This document shows positions 27,577 through 37,939 of a DNA stretch of 64,000 nucleotides, in pieces. Where the stretch lies: IMG/VR virus record IMGVR_UViG_3300020152_000020, positions 15,815-79,814 of that record, one strand, 5' to 3'. The number at the start of each line of letters is the position of its first letter. The first letter of the stretch is position 1. The position numbers and the translations under genes are program-made. Source of the DNA: a virus. Under the pieces are notes generated by a model, which saw nothing but the letters and a program-made list of their open reading frames with translations, had not been told where the DNA came from and ran no database searches.

Positions 27577-28512
27577 ATGATTTTCGACAAGCTCTGTGCG
27601 ATCTGTGAGAAGTTCAACACTCCGGCGTTGAAGGCGCTGCATGACGCGCGCATCTTCAACTTCCCGTATCGCTCGCATGAAATCTTCTCTGGCGCTGACG
27701 GGTCGCCGACCATCTCGAACGACGAACTGGCTGCGATGCGGGATATGTTTTTCCTGCCCTTCCCGGTGATCGCGGTCGAAGACACGGCGTCCTGTATCGT
27801 CATGTGGGATTCGGAAAAGGACCAGCAGGGGTTCGGAAAGACGCGGTACTTCATCGAGTGCATGTCGGTCCACAGCAGTTCCGAAGAGTTCAACGACGAC
27901 GAGGAAGTGATCAAACAGGTGCGGGAGCAGAATGTCGCGTCGGCTCTGGGTATCACGGACCCAGACGCCTGCTACGTAAACTTCGGGCGGTTCCTCGACC
28001 TTGAAGTGATCCCGCAAGAGGACGTGAAGAACCGCCTGCTCTTTAAGGGCCACGGCGACATGTTCTTTATCGCGTCCAAGCGCGAGATGTTCTTTAAGCC
28101 TGTGATGTTTTCGCAGGTTGATCCCCGCGCTGAACAGGCCGTGCTCCGCAACGTTCTCGCGTCGGTGTGCGAAGTCTTTTACTTCAACCAGCCGAACCGC
28201 TTCATTCTCGAAGCCACCCCGAAGAAGTGCCACGATGATCGTCCGGTGCAGCCGGGTCGCGTCCTGCGCTCGCCGTTCCGGCGTCAGTACACCATTCTCA
28301 AGCCCGACGAGATTCGCGAGCGTCTGGGCTTGCCGCCGTCCGGCTCCGGTGGTCCCAAGGCTCCGCATGAACGCCGCCGTCACACGCGGACGTACAAGGC
28401 GGATCGCTACGTTGAAATGAAAGGTAAGACCGTCGTGATTCCTGCGACGTGGATCGGCCCAAGCGAGGCCGTCGTCAAGGGGACGAAGTACAAAGTTTTG
28501 CTCGACATCTGA
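27577..28512 (+). CDS. Conserved phage hypothetical protein
   Basis: 311 aa; C-terminal PHERRRHTR...IPATWIG basic motif. Confidence 0.75.
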   Translation: MIFDKLCAICEKFNTPALKALHDARIFNFPYRSHEIFSGADGSPTISNDELAAMRDMFFLPFPVIAVEDTASCIVMWDSEKDQQGFGKTRYFIECMSVHSSSEEFNDDEEVIKQVREQNVASALGITDPDACYVNFGRFLDLEVIPQEDVKNRLLFKGHGDMFFIASKREMFFKPVMFSQVDPRAEQAVLRNVLASVCEVFYFNQPNRFILEATPKKCHDDRPVQPGRVLRSPFRRQYTILKPDEIRERLGLPPSGSGGPKAPHERRRHTRTYKADRYVEMKGKTVVIPATWIGPSEAVVKGTKYKVLLDI

Positions 28513-28548
28513 TCGGGCGGCGCTTTGACACTGTGTTAAGGGGGTATC

Positions 28549-29286
28549 ATGCCTGAGTTGCTTTCGCTGTACGAGTATCCGTCTGCCTGTTTGCGCACGG
28601 AGTCGCCGTATCCCGGTGCCGCGTTGCCACCGTTGGACGAGTTCACGTACCGCCTTCAGCACGGCGCTATCGGCGTCATCACGGAAGCCGGGGAGTTGTT
28701 CGACGCGCTCGCGCTGAACGAGATGGACGCGGTGAACGTGAACGAGGAAATCGGCGACGGGTGCTGGTACGCCGGGCTGCTCGCGCACATTCTGCGCAAG
28801 GACTTCCGTCTCATGGTGGACAAGGCCCGCAAGGAAAACGATCAGCGCCTCGACCATTACAGCCAGTACGCGCCGGACATCAAGAAGGACAACCTGCATC
28901 TGGCTACGGCTATGTGGGTGCGCGGCGCGGGCATCATCCTCGACGAGTGCAAGCGCAAGGTGTATTACCGCCTGCGCTCCGTCAAATCGACGAAGGACAA
29001 GTTCTTCACCACGTTGTCGGTGGATCATCAGGGTCTCGTGCTGCGCGGCGAGACGGTCAAAATCCCGTACGAGATCGACGTGGAACGCTGCGGGAAGGCG
29101 CTTGAACTGGTCGTGCGCGGTCTGTACATGGCTTCGACCAGCGGGTTCGGCGAAGACATCGAAACGATCTGCACGAAGAACATCATGAAGCTCGCCAAGC
29201 GGTACGGCGACAAGTTCAACGAGTTCGGCGCGATCACGCGCAATCTGGAAGCGGAGCGCAAGCTGCTCGAATCCCAGCCGACGTAA
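28549..29286 (+). CDS. MazG-like nucleoside triphosphate pyrophosphohydrolase (with insertion)
   Basis: GVITEAGELFD, EEIGDGCWY, NIMKLAKRY. Confidence 0.75.
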   Translation: MPELLSLYEYPSACLRTESPYPGAALPPLDEFTYRLQHGAIGVITEAGELFDALALNEMDAVNVNEEIGDGCWYAGLLAHILRKDFRLMVDKARKENDQRLDHYSQYAPDIKKDNLHLATAMWVRGAGIILDECKRKVYYRLRSVKSTKDKFFTTLSVDHQGLVLRGETVKIPYEIDVERCGKALELVVRGLYMASTSGFGEDIETICTKNIMKLAKRYGDKFNEFGAITRNLEAERKLLESQPT

Positions 29287-29326
29287 CGGCTGGTCGTGTC
29301 CCGGTCAAACTTGAGAGGGTTCGTCG

Positions 29327-30094
29327 ATGTCTGGTCTGGCAAAAGGCGTTCGCAAAGAGGGGAAGATCATCCAGCGGTGGAAGTTCCGCTGTGAGGGGTA
29401 TTCGGGTGAACTGGAAATCCCGCTACGCCTGATTGACGACTCCGATTTGAAGACCACGCGCATTTCGTACTGTGTGGACATCGACGAACCCTTGAAGTTG
29501 AAGGAGTACGACAAAGACCTTGAGCGTCTGAAGCGAACGGTGCTCGAAAAGGTCCAGAGTTTTTTCACGATCAAGTGGGAGAACTTTCTGCACGTCCGGG
29601 TCGATTCTGCGAAGACGTGCAGGTTCAGCAATCGTCAGCACGAGAAGACGCGGTTCCTGCGTCTGGCTTACACTCGCGTCTCTGTCGGCACGCGGCTTGA
29701 CGGAACGAAGTGTTATTACGAGGTTGAGGATCGCCAGTACAGCCGTGCTCGCACGAATCAAGGGGAGCCTGAAGTCGGCGTGCGGGATCACCCTTTTGAG
29801 CGGGACGAAGTGCAGAGTTTCGCGCTCGTGGCTGACACGCCGGAGAACTTGGCGAGCCTCGACCGCATCATGGCCGCGATGGAAGATTTGAGCGACCGGG
29901 TCAAGAATCTGATGTCGCCCGACCAGATTCAGAAGTCGCTACAGATGTCGAACGTGCTCGCGCTCCCGGCTCCGGCTAAGGAGAAGAAACGGCACGTGCT
30001 CGCGCCCGGTCTTGACGGTGCTGAACCGATTCAGGTTGAAGTGTCTGAACAAGAGTACCAGCGTCTTTTGAAAGCTCGCGGGGGTAAGTGGTGA
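29327..30094 (+). CDS. Hypothetical protein
   Basis: 255 aa ORF with RBS, in operon. Confidence 0.7.
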   Translation: MSGLAKGVRKEGKIIQRWKFRCEGYSGELEIPLRLIDDSDLKTTRISYCVDIDEPLKLKEYDKDLERLKRTVLEKVQSFFTIKWENFLHVRVDSAKTCRFSNRQHEKTRFLRLAYTRVSVGTRLDGTKCYYEVEDRQYSRARTNQGEPEVGVRDHPFERDEVQSFALVADTPENLASLDRIMAAMEDLSDRVKNLMSPDQIQKSLQMSNVLALPAPAKEKKRHVLAPGLDGAEPIQVEVSEQEYQRLLKARGGKW

Positions 30095-30399
30095 GCCTGA
30101 AGGAACGGATCGCTGCTGATCGCGCCCGGCACGAACGGGAGAAAGGGCTGACGGAGTTTCAGCGGCGGATTCTTCACCACCTTCGCACGTGGCCGAACGG
30201 GTCGGCGAGCACGTGGGAAATTGCGATGACCACGTTCCCGGAGAAGTGGACGAAGAAGACGGGGCGGGCAAGGTCGGGGCGGGCTGCGTTGATCGGCCAT
30301 ATTCAACGCGAGGCCCGGAAGATGGGTCTGATAACGTGGCGGGGCGAAGGCATTCACGCGGCGACGTATATTGCTCTGGGAGAAAAATGGCGCAGCTAA
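30091..30399 (+). CDS. Small putative winged-helix protein
   Basis: GTG start giving MSLKERI; LTEFQRRILHHL...STWEIA. Confidence 0.55.
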   Translation: MSLKERIAADRARHEREKGLTEFQRRILHHLRTWPNGSASTWEIAMTTFPEKWTKKTGRARSGRAALIGHIQREARKMGLITWRGEGIHAATYIALGEKWRS

Positions 30400-30605
30400 T
30401 GAAGGAAGTTTCGAGTGGGAACGACTGGTGCCACGTCTGCGGTGGTCGGGGCCAGCGAACGTTCGTGCTGATTGATTACCCGGCGAATGCGGAGCATGAT
30501 AAGAAGAACACGAAGTTCCTACGTATCTGTAAGGACTGTGTTGAGGCAGCGCACAAGCTGGTGAACGATCCGGCTGGCGGCAAAGTGAAAGTAGGTGGCG
30601 CTTGA
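30387..30605 (+). CDS. Small Zn-finger protein
   Basis: CHVC...CKDC; GGGAG RBS. Confidence 0.55.
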   Translation: MAQLMKEVSSGNDWCHVCGGRGQRTFVLIDYPANAEHDKKNTKFLRICKDCVEAAHKLVNDPAGGKVKVGGA

Positions 30606-31615
30606 AAACGGCTGGGCGATGGGTGGTGACTGCGGACCTTCAGTTCGACGAGCACGCGAGCCTGTCTACGCTCACGCCGTCCGGGGTCACGTCGCGGTTG
30701 AAGGATATGATCGACTGCTGGCACTGGATCATGGCGACGGCGATTAAGCGGAACTGCGAAGGCATCATCGTCATCGGCGACATCTTCGATTCGCGGACGG
30801 TGATCGACTTGTCTGTGCTGGATCAGGTCTGCCGGGGGTTCCATGCCGCTCATGAGAAGGGGCTGCGGCTTATCATCGTCGCGGGAAACCACGACAGCTA
30901 CCTGCGCTCCCCGAAGATGAACAGCCTTCAGGTGTTCAAGGGGTACGCGCAGGTTGTGGAAGTGACGCACGTGGAAGACGGGATGGGCTTCGTCGCTTGG
31001 ACCGAAGACATCACGGCGCTGCGGTCGGGCATTGACACTGTGTTAAAGGGCGGGGCGAAGTACCTGTTTACGCACGTGTTGCTGCGGGGTGCGGTCACTG
31101 GCGGCGACAAAGGCGTCCCTGTCGATGCGCTCCGGCCTGAGAAGTTCGAGCAAGTGTTTCTGGGCGACGTGCACGATCCTCGCGAGATCACGGAGAACGT
31201 TCGCTACGTTGGCTCCCCGTTGCAGATCAATTATGGCGACGCGGGTGGTTGGCGCGGCATCGTGGTGTTTGATCGCAAGTCTGGCGAGATCGAGACGGTC
31301 GAAAACACGGTGTCGCCGAAGTTCCACGTGATCGAAGACGCCACGGTCGAGGGTGTGAAGTCGAACGATTTCGTCCGGGTGAAGACTGACGATCCTGAGA
31401 TCGCGGCGGAAGCCGAAGCGGCGGCGAAGGTGAAGACGGGCTGGGTGGAGTCCACGTTCGTTGAGAAGCCGGACATCAAGCCGCGTCTGGACGTTCGCAC
31501 GAGCCACGCGCATGAAGTCGTGCTCGCCCGGTACTGCACGCATCAGGGGATCGAAGAGGTTGACTCGCTCGTGAAAGTCGGCATGGAGATTATCGAGGAA
31601 GCGAAGCATGGGTAA
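30602..31615 (+). CDS. SbcD/Mre11/gp47-like nuclease
   Basis: TADLQ, IGDIFD, AGNHD, THV, LGDVH, YVGSP. Confidence 0.9.
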   Translation: MKTAGRWVVTADLQFDEHASLSTLTPSGVTSRLKDMIDCWHWIMATAIKRNCEGIIVIGDIFDSRTVIDLSVLDQVCRGFHAAHEKGLRLIIVAGNHDSYLRSPKMNSLQVFKGYAQVVEVTHVEDGMGFVAWTEDITALRSGIDTVLKGGAKYLFTHVLLRGAVTGGDKGVPVDALRPEKFEQVFLGDVHDPREITENVRYVGSPLQINYGDAGGWRGIVVFDRKSGEIETVENTVSPKFHVIEDATVEGVKSNDFVRVKTDDPEIAAEAEAAAKVKTGWVESTFVEKPDIKPRLDVRTSHAHEVVLARYCTHQGIEEVDSLVKVGMEIIEEAKHG

Positions 31616-31734
31616 CGAGGGGTCAACGACTCACTACGTTTTCGTTCCGTGGTGGGCTTTGCCGGAAAGTGAGCGGTCGTGGTGGATCACCAACACCACG
31701 GCGGCGTACACCTTCAGGCGTTTTGGGGGTGCAG

Positions 31735-32106
31735 ATGTCGTCATCTAAGGGTAAGCCCGTGAAGAAAGGGCTGTCTCCGGTGGACGCGGAGATCGCCGAA
31801 CGTTACCGCGACGCTGCGCGTCCGACGCCTGCAACGAAGCCAAAGCCCAAGCCCGCTACGAAGAAGCTGTACATCGCTCTGGATTATGCGGGCAAGGTGT
31901 TGAGTGTCTTGCTCGCGAACGCGCGGGATGAAGCCGATCTGGTCTGGACGGGGATGGGCGTGTACGCGTCGAGTGTTGAAGAACTGGACCCGGCTGGGCC
32001 GGACCTTCCGCGCGTCGTGTGCCTGCTGTCCAGCCAAATTAAGACCGTCCGGTTGTGGGACGGTTCCCAGACGGAGATGGTGGTTTTGAAGCGAGGTATG
32101 TCTTAA
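31735..32106 (+). CDS. Hypothetical protein
   Basis: GGGGG RBS; PVKKG motif; coupled to next gene. Confidence 0.55.
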   Translation: MSSSKGKPVKKGLSPVDAEIAERYRDAARPTPATKPKPKPATKKLYIALDYAGKVLSVLLANARDEADLVWTGMGVYASSVEELDPAGPDLPRVVCLLSSQIKTVRLWDGSQTEMVVLKRGMS

Positions 32107-33893
32107 TGAATTTTCATGTTCCTGTAAAACTGTTGAAGGTCGCGATCAAGCAGTGGCCGAAGGAGTTCACGAAGGACATCGTGGACATGTCGGAACTGTG
32201 GGGTGGCGAACGTGAGCTAACTCTGAGTGCTACGCGTCTGCCGCGCTCCCGGCTCGCTGACTTTCAGAAGCTCGCGAAGATCAACGGCGCGAATGGGCTG
32301 GCAAATAAAATCGGCCTGTACATGAATCTGATCGACAACGTGGCTGGGAAGCGTATCACACGGCTGGAAGAACTGAACACGGCGCTGAAGCTGTATCTGA
32401 AGTCGGCTCCGAATTTCTGGGTCTTTGGTGAGCAGGACGACGGGTATCCGGTTCCATTCTTTGTGTCGCATATCAAGAAGGTGGATCGGTACAAGGACAC
32501 GCCGCCGTACGTCCGCATGACGCTTCAGTTCATGGATGCCGGGAAGCCGGACGAGAGGTACGTTGACTGGGAAACGAAGGACTTGGGTAAGAACCTTGTC
32601 GAGTTGCTCAACGAGGCCGGGTATTACCGGGCGACGAAAAGTGCCATCGAGCAGTACCAGAAAGACATTGAGATTTTCAAGAAGCTCTCGCCGATGGTTG
32701 GGCAGCAGTTCACTGCTACCGGGTTCGGGTTCTTTGCTGAGGAAGGTTACGATAATCGTTTTGAGTGCTCGTCCCTCGAATGTGACGGCCAGCCTGCCCG
32801 ACTTGTGCTCGACGATCTGTCTGAGGAAAAGGACGACGATAGTTCGAGTCGCCGCTGGCGTGGTAAGTCGGTGTGTGATGAAGGGCTGGGGCTGCTGTCG
32901 TTCTGGGAGAAGGATGAAGACCCGGATGACGTTGACGAGCAGGACGAAGCGGCGAAGACCTGTGCGCTCCCGGTCCATCCGTACCTGAAATGCTTCGATC
33001 TGGTCCGGCACGAATTCGTCTGGGTCCACTGCTCGAACATGGTCCAGTATGTGTACGATTCGGAGTTGGTGGACAAGCTCGTGCTACCGTCTGACACGAA
33101 GTCGCTGGTCAAGATTCTGATGCACGGCGCGTCGATCAAGATGGACGACATCATTAAGGGCAAGACAGGCGGCGTCATCGTGATCGCCAGCGGCCCGCCC
33201 GGCACCGGAAAGACGCTCACGGCGGAAGTGTTCTCCGAACACATTAAGTGCCCGCTGTACGTGGTTCAGTGCTCGCAGCTTGGCATCGACGAAGAAACGG
33301 TCGAGGGGCGGCTCCGCACCGTGCTGGCGCGGTCGCAACGCTGGGGTGCGTTGCTGCTGATCGACGAGGCCGACGTGTACGTCCACGAACGCGGTCACGA
33401 CATTCACCAAAACGCGATTGTCGGCGTGTTCCTGCGGGTGCTTGAGTATTATCGCGGCATCCTGTTTATGACTTCGAACCGGGCGACCATCATCGACGAC
33501 GCGATCATGTCGCGAGCTACAGCGTGGCTGAAGTACGACTTCCCGACGCCGGACGAATTGAAGTCGCTCTGGCAGATTCTGGGCAAGCAGTACGGGGTTG
33601 CGCTGTCGGATCGCGACATCGACCTGCTGATCCGCGACTTCCCGATCCTGTCCGGGCGCAACATCAAAAATATGCTGAAGCTGTCGCGAATGCTCGCGGC
33701 GGAAAAGAAGGCAAAGGTCACGACGGACACGATCCGGTACTGTGCCAAGTTCCTTGACCTGTCTCATGGAGAACGCGCAGATGGAAAGAGCAATAACGGA
33801 GCGGTGGCAAGTGGTCGAAACCGTGTTCCTGCGAAGCGAAAAGCCGGGGGCGATGACGGACCCGACTTCTCCGAACTCGATGGTCAACGTTGA
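32106..33893 (+). CDS. AAA+ ATPase with long N-terminal domain
   Basis: SGPPGTGKTLTAE, LLIDEADVY, FLRVLEYYRGILFMTSNR, IDDAIMSR, LSGRNIKN. Confidence 0.9.
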   Translation: MNFHVPVKLLKVAIKQWPKEFTKDIVDMSELWGGERELTLSATRLPRSRLADFQKLAKINGANGLANKIGLYMNLIDNVAGKRITRLEELNTALKLYLKSAPNFWVFGEQDDGYPVPFFVSHIKKVDRYKDTPPYVRMTLQFMDAGKPDERYVDWETKDLGKNLVELLNEAGYYRATKSAIEQYQKDIEIFKKLSPMVGQQFTATGFGFFAEEGYDNRFECSSLECDGQPARLVLDDLSEEKDDDSSSRRWRGKSVCDEGLGLLSFWEKDEDPDDVDEQDEAAKTCALPVHPYLKCFDLVRHEFVWVHCSNMVQYVYDSELVDKLVLPSDTKSLVKILMHGASIKMDDIIKGKTGGVIVIASGPPGTGKTLTAEVFSEHIKCPLYVVQCSQLGIDEETVEGRLRTVLARSQRWGALLLIDEADVYVHERGHDIHQNAIVGVFLRVLEYYRGILFMTSNRATIIDDAIMSRATAWLKYDFPTPDELKSLWQILGKQYGVALSDRDIDLLIRDFPILSGRNIKNMLKLSRMLAAEKKAKVTTDTIRYCAKFLDLSHGERADGKSNNGAVASGRNRVPAKRKAGGDDGPDFSELDGQR

Positions 33894-34173
33894 CATTGTG
33901 TCAATTAAAACTGAGGGCGGCATGATGGTCGTCCCTCAGATGCAGAAGGCTGCTGCGGAGCACGTGGTTCGGCTACACAACGAGGAACTGGAACACGGAG
34001 CGCGGATCACTGAAATCTGGTTGCAGCGTCGGGGCGTTGAGAACGATCCGCACGCTAAGGCTGTGGTGATGCTCCGAACGAAGGGCGGGACGTGGGTGAA
34101 GGGGCTGGAAGAACCGCTTGATGGGAACTTCAGCCATTGCCTGCATGTCCGGGCTGCGACGTTGAAGGGTTGA
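33781..34173 (+). CDS. Hypothetical protein
   Basis: GGAG RBS before ATG 33781. Confidence 0.55.
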   Translation: MERAITERWQVVETVFLRSEKPGAMTDPTSPNSMVNVDIVSIKTEGGMMVVPQMQKAAAEHVVRLHNEELEHGARITEIWLQRRGVENDPHAKAVVMLRTKGGTWVKGLEEPLDGNFSHCLHVRAATLKG

Positions 34174-34327
34174 CAGTGCGAAAACGGGAAGACCCGAAGC
34201 AGGCGCTCAAAGAAGGGACTCGCTGCATGATCTGCGATGGGCGGGCGACCCGGTTCGAAGATTGCGGGCACGTGTGGTCGTATTACTGCCGGAAGTGCTG
34301 GGCTGCGATGAAGGGGAAGAAAACAAA

Positions 34328-36280
34328 ATGACTGGCTACGTCGTCGGTGTAACGCGGTACGAGAACTTCGGTCCCTTTCAGGACGCCACGGTGGACTTCT
34401 CGAAGCCGGGCTTGACCGTGATCGAGGGGCTGATCGACAAGAAACGCGGCTGCGACTCCAACGGCGCGGGCAAGTCGTTTCTGTTTGACGGTGTGGTCTG
34501 GGCGCTGTACGGGCGCTGCATCCGGGAAAAGTACAGCGGGGACGACGTGATCCGCGTCGGCCAGAAGGGCGGCACCTGTGTCACGGTCACGATCAAGGGT
34601 GACGTGACGATCACGGTGAAGCGGCACCGCAAGCACCCCGTCCACAAGGACAACGTGCTACTCTTTGTCGGCGGCGAGAACGTCACGCGCGGCACGAACC
34701 CGGAGACGACGCTCGCCATTGAGCAGGCTATCGGGATGGATTTCCTGTCGTTTGTGAACTCCGTCGCGTTCGGTGCTCGCGATGACGTTAAGAGTTTCTT
34801 CGTCGCCCCGGACTCCGAACGTAAAAAGATCATGGAGAAAATTCTGGGCTTGGAACTGTACGCCGAAGCGGAGAAGGTCGCCCGGCGTCGCGCGCGTGAA
34901 GCGGCTGAGTCCATGAACACGCTGAACTCCACCCGGACCACGCTACAGGCCACCATCGCGGAGAAGAAGGCCAAGCTGGACCAGATGAAGAATTCGCAGT
35001 CGAAGGCTGAACTCGAAGTCGAGCACAAGCGGCAGGCGCTCGTGGTGAAGAAGCTCGAAACCAGCATCACGCAGATCGACGTGCTTATCAGCACGCTCAA
35101 CGCCGGGCTGGAAGAGGAAACGGAAAAGGCGCAGGACGCGGTGCGCAAGTACGAGCGGGCACTGGCGGATTACAACAACGCCAAGCTGAAGGCTGAAACG
35201 GAGAAGCGCCGGGCAGAGCGCGAGATCGCTACCATCGACGGCCAGCAGAAACAGATCGAGGCGCGCAAGCAGAAGATCACGGCGCAGGCCGGGAAGAACT
35301 GCCCGACGTGTCAGCAAGTGGTCGCGAAGAAGCTGACCGACACGATGATCGCTGCCTGCGACGACGAAATGAAGGCGCACCGATCCGCCCGGCTCAAATT
35401 CGAATTGGTGCTCGACCAGCAGGACGCGGTGCTCAAGGACTTGAAGGCTCCGGTCGAACCGGAGTTTCCGCAGATCGACGAGAAGAAGGAACAGCTACAG
35501 AAGGAACGGCTGCGTCGGACGGAGACGGTCGGCAAGAAGAACACCGAATCCGCGAAGCTCAAACAGATCGGTGACGAAATCGCCCGGCTCGAAACGATGG
35601 CGTCGGACCTGAAGGACGAATTGAAGGACGCGGAGAAAGAACTGGCCGATACGGACAAGCAGTACCGCGAACTGGAAGTGAAGGTCAACGAGTTGCAGTT
35701 CTGGGTCGATGCGTTCGGCAACTCCGGCTTGAAGTCGTTCCTGATCGAAGCGGAAATTCCGGCGATCAACGAGAAGGCCACGGGGTACGCGCGGCGCTTG
35801 CTGGGGGACGGCGCGCACGTCCGGCTGTCGGCGACCAAAGAGTTAAAATCCCGCGCGGCGCTGAAGGAAGAGTTGACCGTCGAGGGTTATATTCCGGGGT
35901 GCACGAACAGCTACAACGGTGCGTCGAAGGGGCAGCGTAAACGGCTCGACCTGTGCCTCGTGCTGGCGTTCCGTGATCTGGTCGCGTCCCGGACCAGCAA
36001 GGCGTTCCGGCAGATGTTTGTGGACGAATTGTTCGACGGCTTGGATCGCTCCGGCTGTGAAAGTGTGGTGACGTTGCTGCGGGACATCGTGAAGGATTGC
36101 CCGATTTCCATGATTACTCACGATCCGCGCATCAAGCCCGCTGGCGATCAGTTTATTTTCGTTCATCACAACGGGTCGCTCGATAATCCTGTGGCGAAAA
36201 TACTTGCGCATGGTGCGACACAAGCTACCATACCTGTCGGGAAGCCGCTGAAAAAGACGATCAACAAGGTGGCAGTATAA
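34328..36280 (+). CDS. SbcC/Rad50/gp46-like SMC ATPase
   Basis: YENFG, SNGAGKS, Zn hook CPTC, coiled coil, ASKGQ, FVDELFDGLD, ITHD. Confidence 0.93.
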   Translation: MTGYVVGVTRYENFGPFQDATVDFSKPGLTVIEGLIDKKRGCDSNGAGKSFLFDGVVWALYGRCIREKYSGDDVIRVGQKGGTCVTVTIKGDVTITVKRHRKHPVHKDNVLLFVGGENVTRGTNPETTLAIEQAIGMDFLSFVNSVAFGARDDVKSFFVAPDSERKKIMEKILGLELYAEAEKVARRRAREAAESMNTLNSTRTTLQATIAEKKAKLDQMKNSQSKAELEVEHKRQALVVKKLETSITQIDVLISTLNAGLEEETEKAQDAVRKYERALADYNNAKLKAETEKRRAEREIATIDGQQKQIEARKQKITAQAGKNCPTCQQVVAKKLTDTMIAACDDEMKAHRSARLKFELVLDQQDAVLKDLKAPVEPEFPQIDEKKEQLQKERLRRTETVGKKNTESAKLKQIGDEIARLETMASDLKDELKDAEKELADTDKQYRELEVKVNELQFWVDAFGNSGLKSFLIEAEIPAINEKATGYARRLLGDGAHVRLSATKELKSRAALKEELTVEGYIPGCTNSYNGASKGQRKRLDLCLVLAFRDLVASRTSKAFRQMFVDELFDGLDRSGCESVVTLLRDIVKDCPISMITHDPRIKPAGDQFIFVHHNGSLDNPVAKILAHGATQATIPVGKPLKKTINKVAV

Positions 36281-36296
36281 CGCGAGGGTTAACACA

Positions 36297-36962
36297 GTGT
36301 CAGACGGGCGGAAGAAGGGCCTCGCGTTCGAGAACGACATCTGCCGGGCGTTCTCAGTCTGGATGTTCCCCGGTCAAGGCTTCGAGGAAGCCGTTGTTCC
36401 GGCCCTTCCGTTCCGCCGAAGGTTCACCGACTCAACGCCGCTGGATGGGCACTGGGAAGGTGCGGGTGATGTTCTTCATCGCCCGGACGTGAAGTTCCCG
36501 TTCTGTACTGAGTGTAAGAAGGTTGAAGGGTGGGAGTTGGACGGGATGCTCGCGAACGAGCAGTGGCCTGTTTGGGATTGGTGGAGTCAGTGTAAGGCCC
36601 AAGCAGAGGCGGTCGGTCAGGTTCCCTTACTTGTGTTCACGCGGAACCGTCGTGGCATCTACGTTTTAGTCGAAGAAGGAGTTCTCCAATGTCTCAGACT
36701 GCAACCAAAGCACGGACCCGTTCTGGTGGTGCGGCGTGGAAACGGGGAAAGACTCGCACTGCTACTGCTCGCCGATCTCGTGGCGACGCCGTGCAACTTG
36801 GTGGCTTGCTTGACGGTGAAAAAACCAAAGTCGCCAGCCGTGAGATCGAAGAATATCTCTGCGTCACCTTCGGCATCCAGAAGCCCGCTGCCACGCGCGT
36901 CTGGGATGCGATCCTCGAACGGCTCCGTGGCTCGCTTCTCCAAGGTCGCCCGGTCACGCTGA
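36297..36962 (+). CDS. Holliday-junction resolvase-like PD-(D/E)xK nuclease
   Basis: GRKKGLAFENDI...GDV...ECKKVE...WWSQC...PLLVFTRNR. Confidence 0.7.
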   Translation: MSDGRKKGLAFENDICRAFSVWMFPGQGFEEAVVPALPFRRRFTDSTPLDGHWEGAGDVLHRPDVKFPFCTECKKVEGWELDGMLANEQWPVWDWWSQCKAQAEAVGQVPLLVFTRNRRGIYVLVEEGVLQCLRLQPKHGPVLVVRRGNGERLALLLLADLVATPCNLVACLTVKKPKSPAVRSKNISASPSASRSPLPRASGMRSSNGSVARFSKVARSR

Positions 36963-37108
36963 CGAACATCGGGACCATCGAACCGTACACGAAGAAGGAG
37001 TCCACGTTCCGGCATCCGACGACGGGCAAGTTGGAGAAGGTTCCGGCTCGCCGCTACGTTCGCTTTTTGCTGTCGCCCAGCTTGAAGACTGAACTGCGCG
37101 CGGAGTAA
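36689..37108 (+). CDS. HU/IHF-like DNA-binding protein with basic N-terminal extension
   Basis: AAGGAG RBS; GRPVTLTNIGTI...FRHPTTG...VPARRYVRF..SPSLK. Confidence 0.75.
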   Translation: MSQTATKARTRSGGAAWKRGKTRTATARRSRGDAVQLGGLLDGEKTKVASREIEEYLCVTFGIQKPAATRVWDAILERLRGSLLQGRPVTLTNIGTIEPYTKKESTFRHPTTGKLEKVPARRYVRFLLSPSLKTELRAE

Positions 37109-37235
37109 GATAAGGCTGTGGTGTACGTTGCACTTCGGGGTCTTTGCGGGTTCCTGACAGGGACTCCCCGCTGATCCCGGTGGACAAGGGTTGAAGTCCC
37201 TTGCAGCCTTTCTAGTTCAACCGGGGGTCTTCAGC

Positions 37236-37934
37236 ATGGCTTTGACGGAACAGGAAAAGAACATCGTACGCCGGGCCTTCTCAATGGGTCCGGCTGCTTT
37301 GTTAGACGACGGGTACACATGGGCCAACATCGGCGATTTCCTCGCCCGCCCGGACGTTAAAGCTGAACTCGAACTGTTGCAGTCAGAGTTTAACAATCAG
37401 GACGCACTACTGACGCGCAGCAAGTTCGTCGCCAAGCGCCAACTCGCCCGGTTCGCACAGGGCGCTGTTGCCGTGCTGGGTCAGGCTCTGGCTGGTCCGG
37501 TGTACGCCCGCGACAACAAGGGCAACATTTTGATGGACGCGCAGGGCCGTCCGATCATGCAGTCAGCCCCGCCGCACGAAATGCAGTACAACGCTGCGAC
37601 GCAGATTTTGAACCGTCTGGGGGTCGATACGGACAAGCCTGCTGATCGCGCGGGTGACATGAACGTTCAGCTTTTGTTCAAGTCGGGCGAGGCGTCGGCC
37701 AAGGTTCAGATCACGACCGATCCGGCGTTGCTCACGTCTGAAGAACAGGCGCTGTCGCGCGAGCGCGTGCGCAACGCGTTCGAGAAGCTGGCAAAGCGTC
37801 TGCCCGAAGCGCAAGCCAAGATCAAGGCCGCGCTGGGGAATCCTCAGCCGGAAGAAGCAGCCGCGAAGAAACCAAAGAAGAAATCCAAGGCCAAGCCGAA
37901 GCCCGTTAACACAGTGTCAACCACTACGGAGTAA
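37236..37934 (+). CDS. Putative terminase small subunit
   Basis: Helical ~230 aa gene directly upstream of TerL; positional inference. Confidence 0.45.
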   Translation: MALTEQEKNIVRRAFSMGPAALLDDGYTWANIGDFLARPDVKAELELLQSEFNNQDALLTRSKFVAKRQLARFAQGAVAVLGQALAGPVYARDNKGNILMDAQGRPIMQSAPPHEMQYNAATQILNRLGVDTDKPADRAGDMNVQLLFKSGEASAKVQITTDPALLTSEEQALSRERVRNAFEKLAKRLPEAQAKIKAALGNPQPEEAAAKKPKKKSKAKPKPVNTVSTTTE

Positions 37935-37939
37935 AGGCT

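Noticed and set aside
37110-37200. Possible structured RNA between HU and the TerS candidate
   Set aside because: Only one modest hairpin; expected by chance at this GC content
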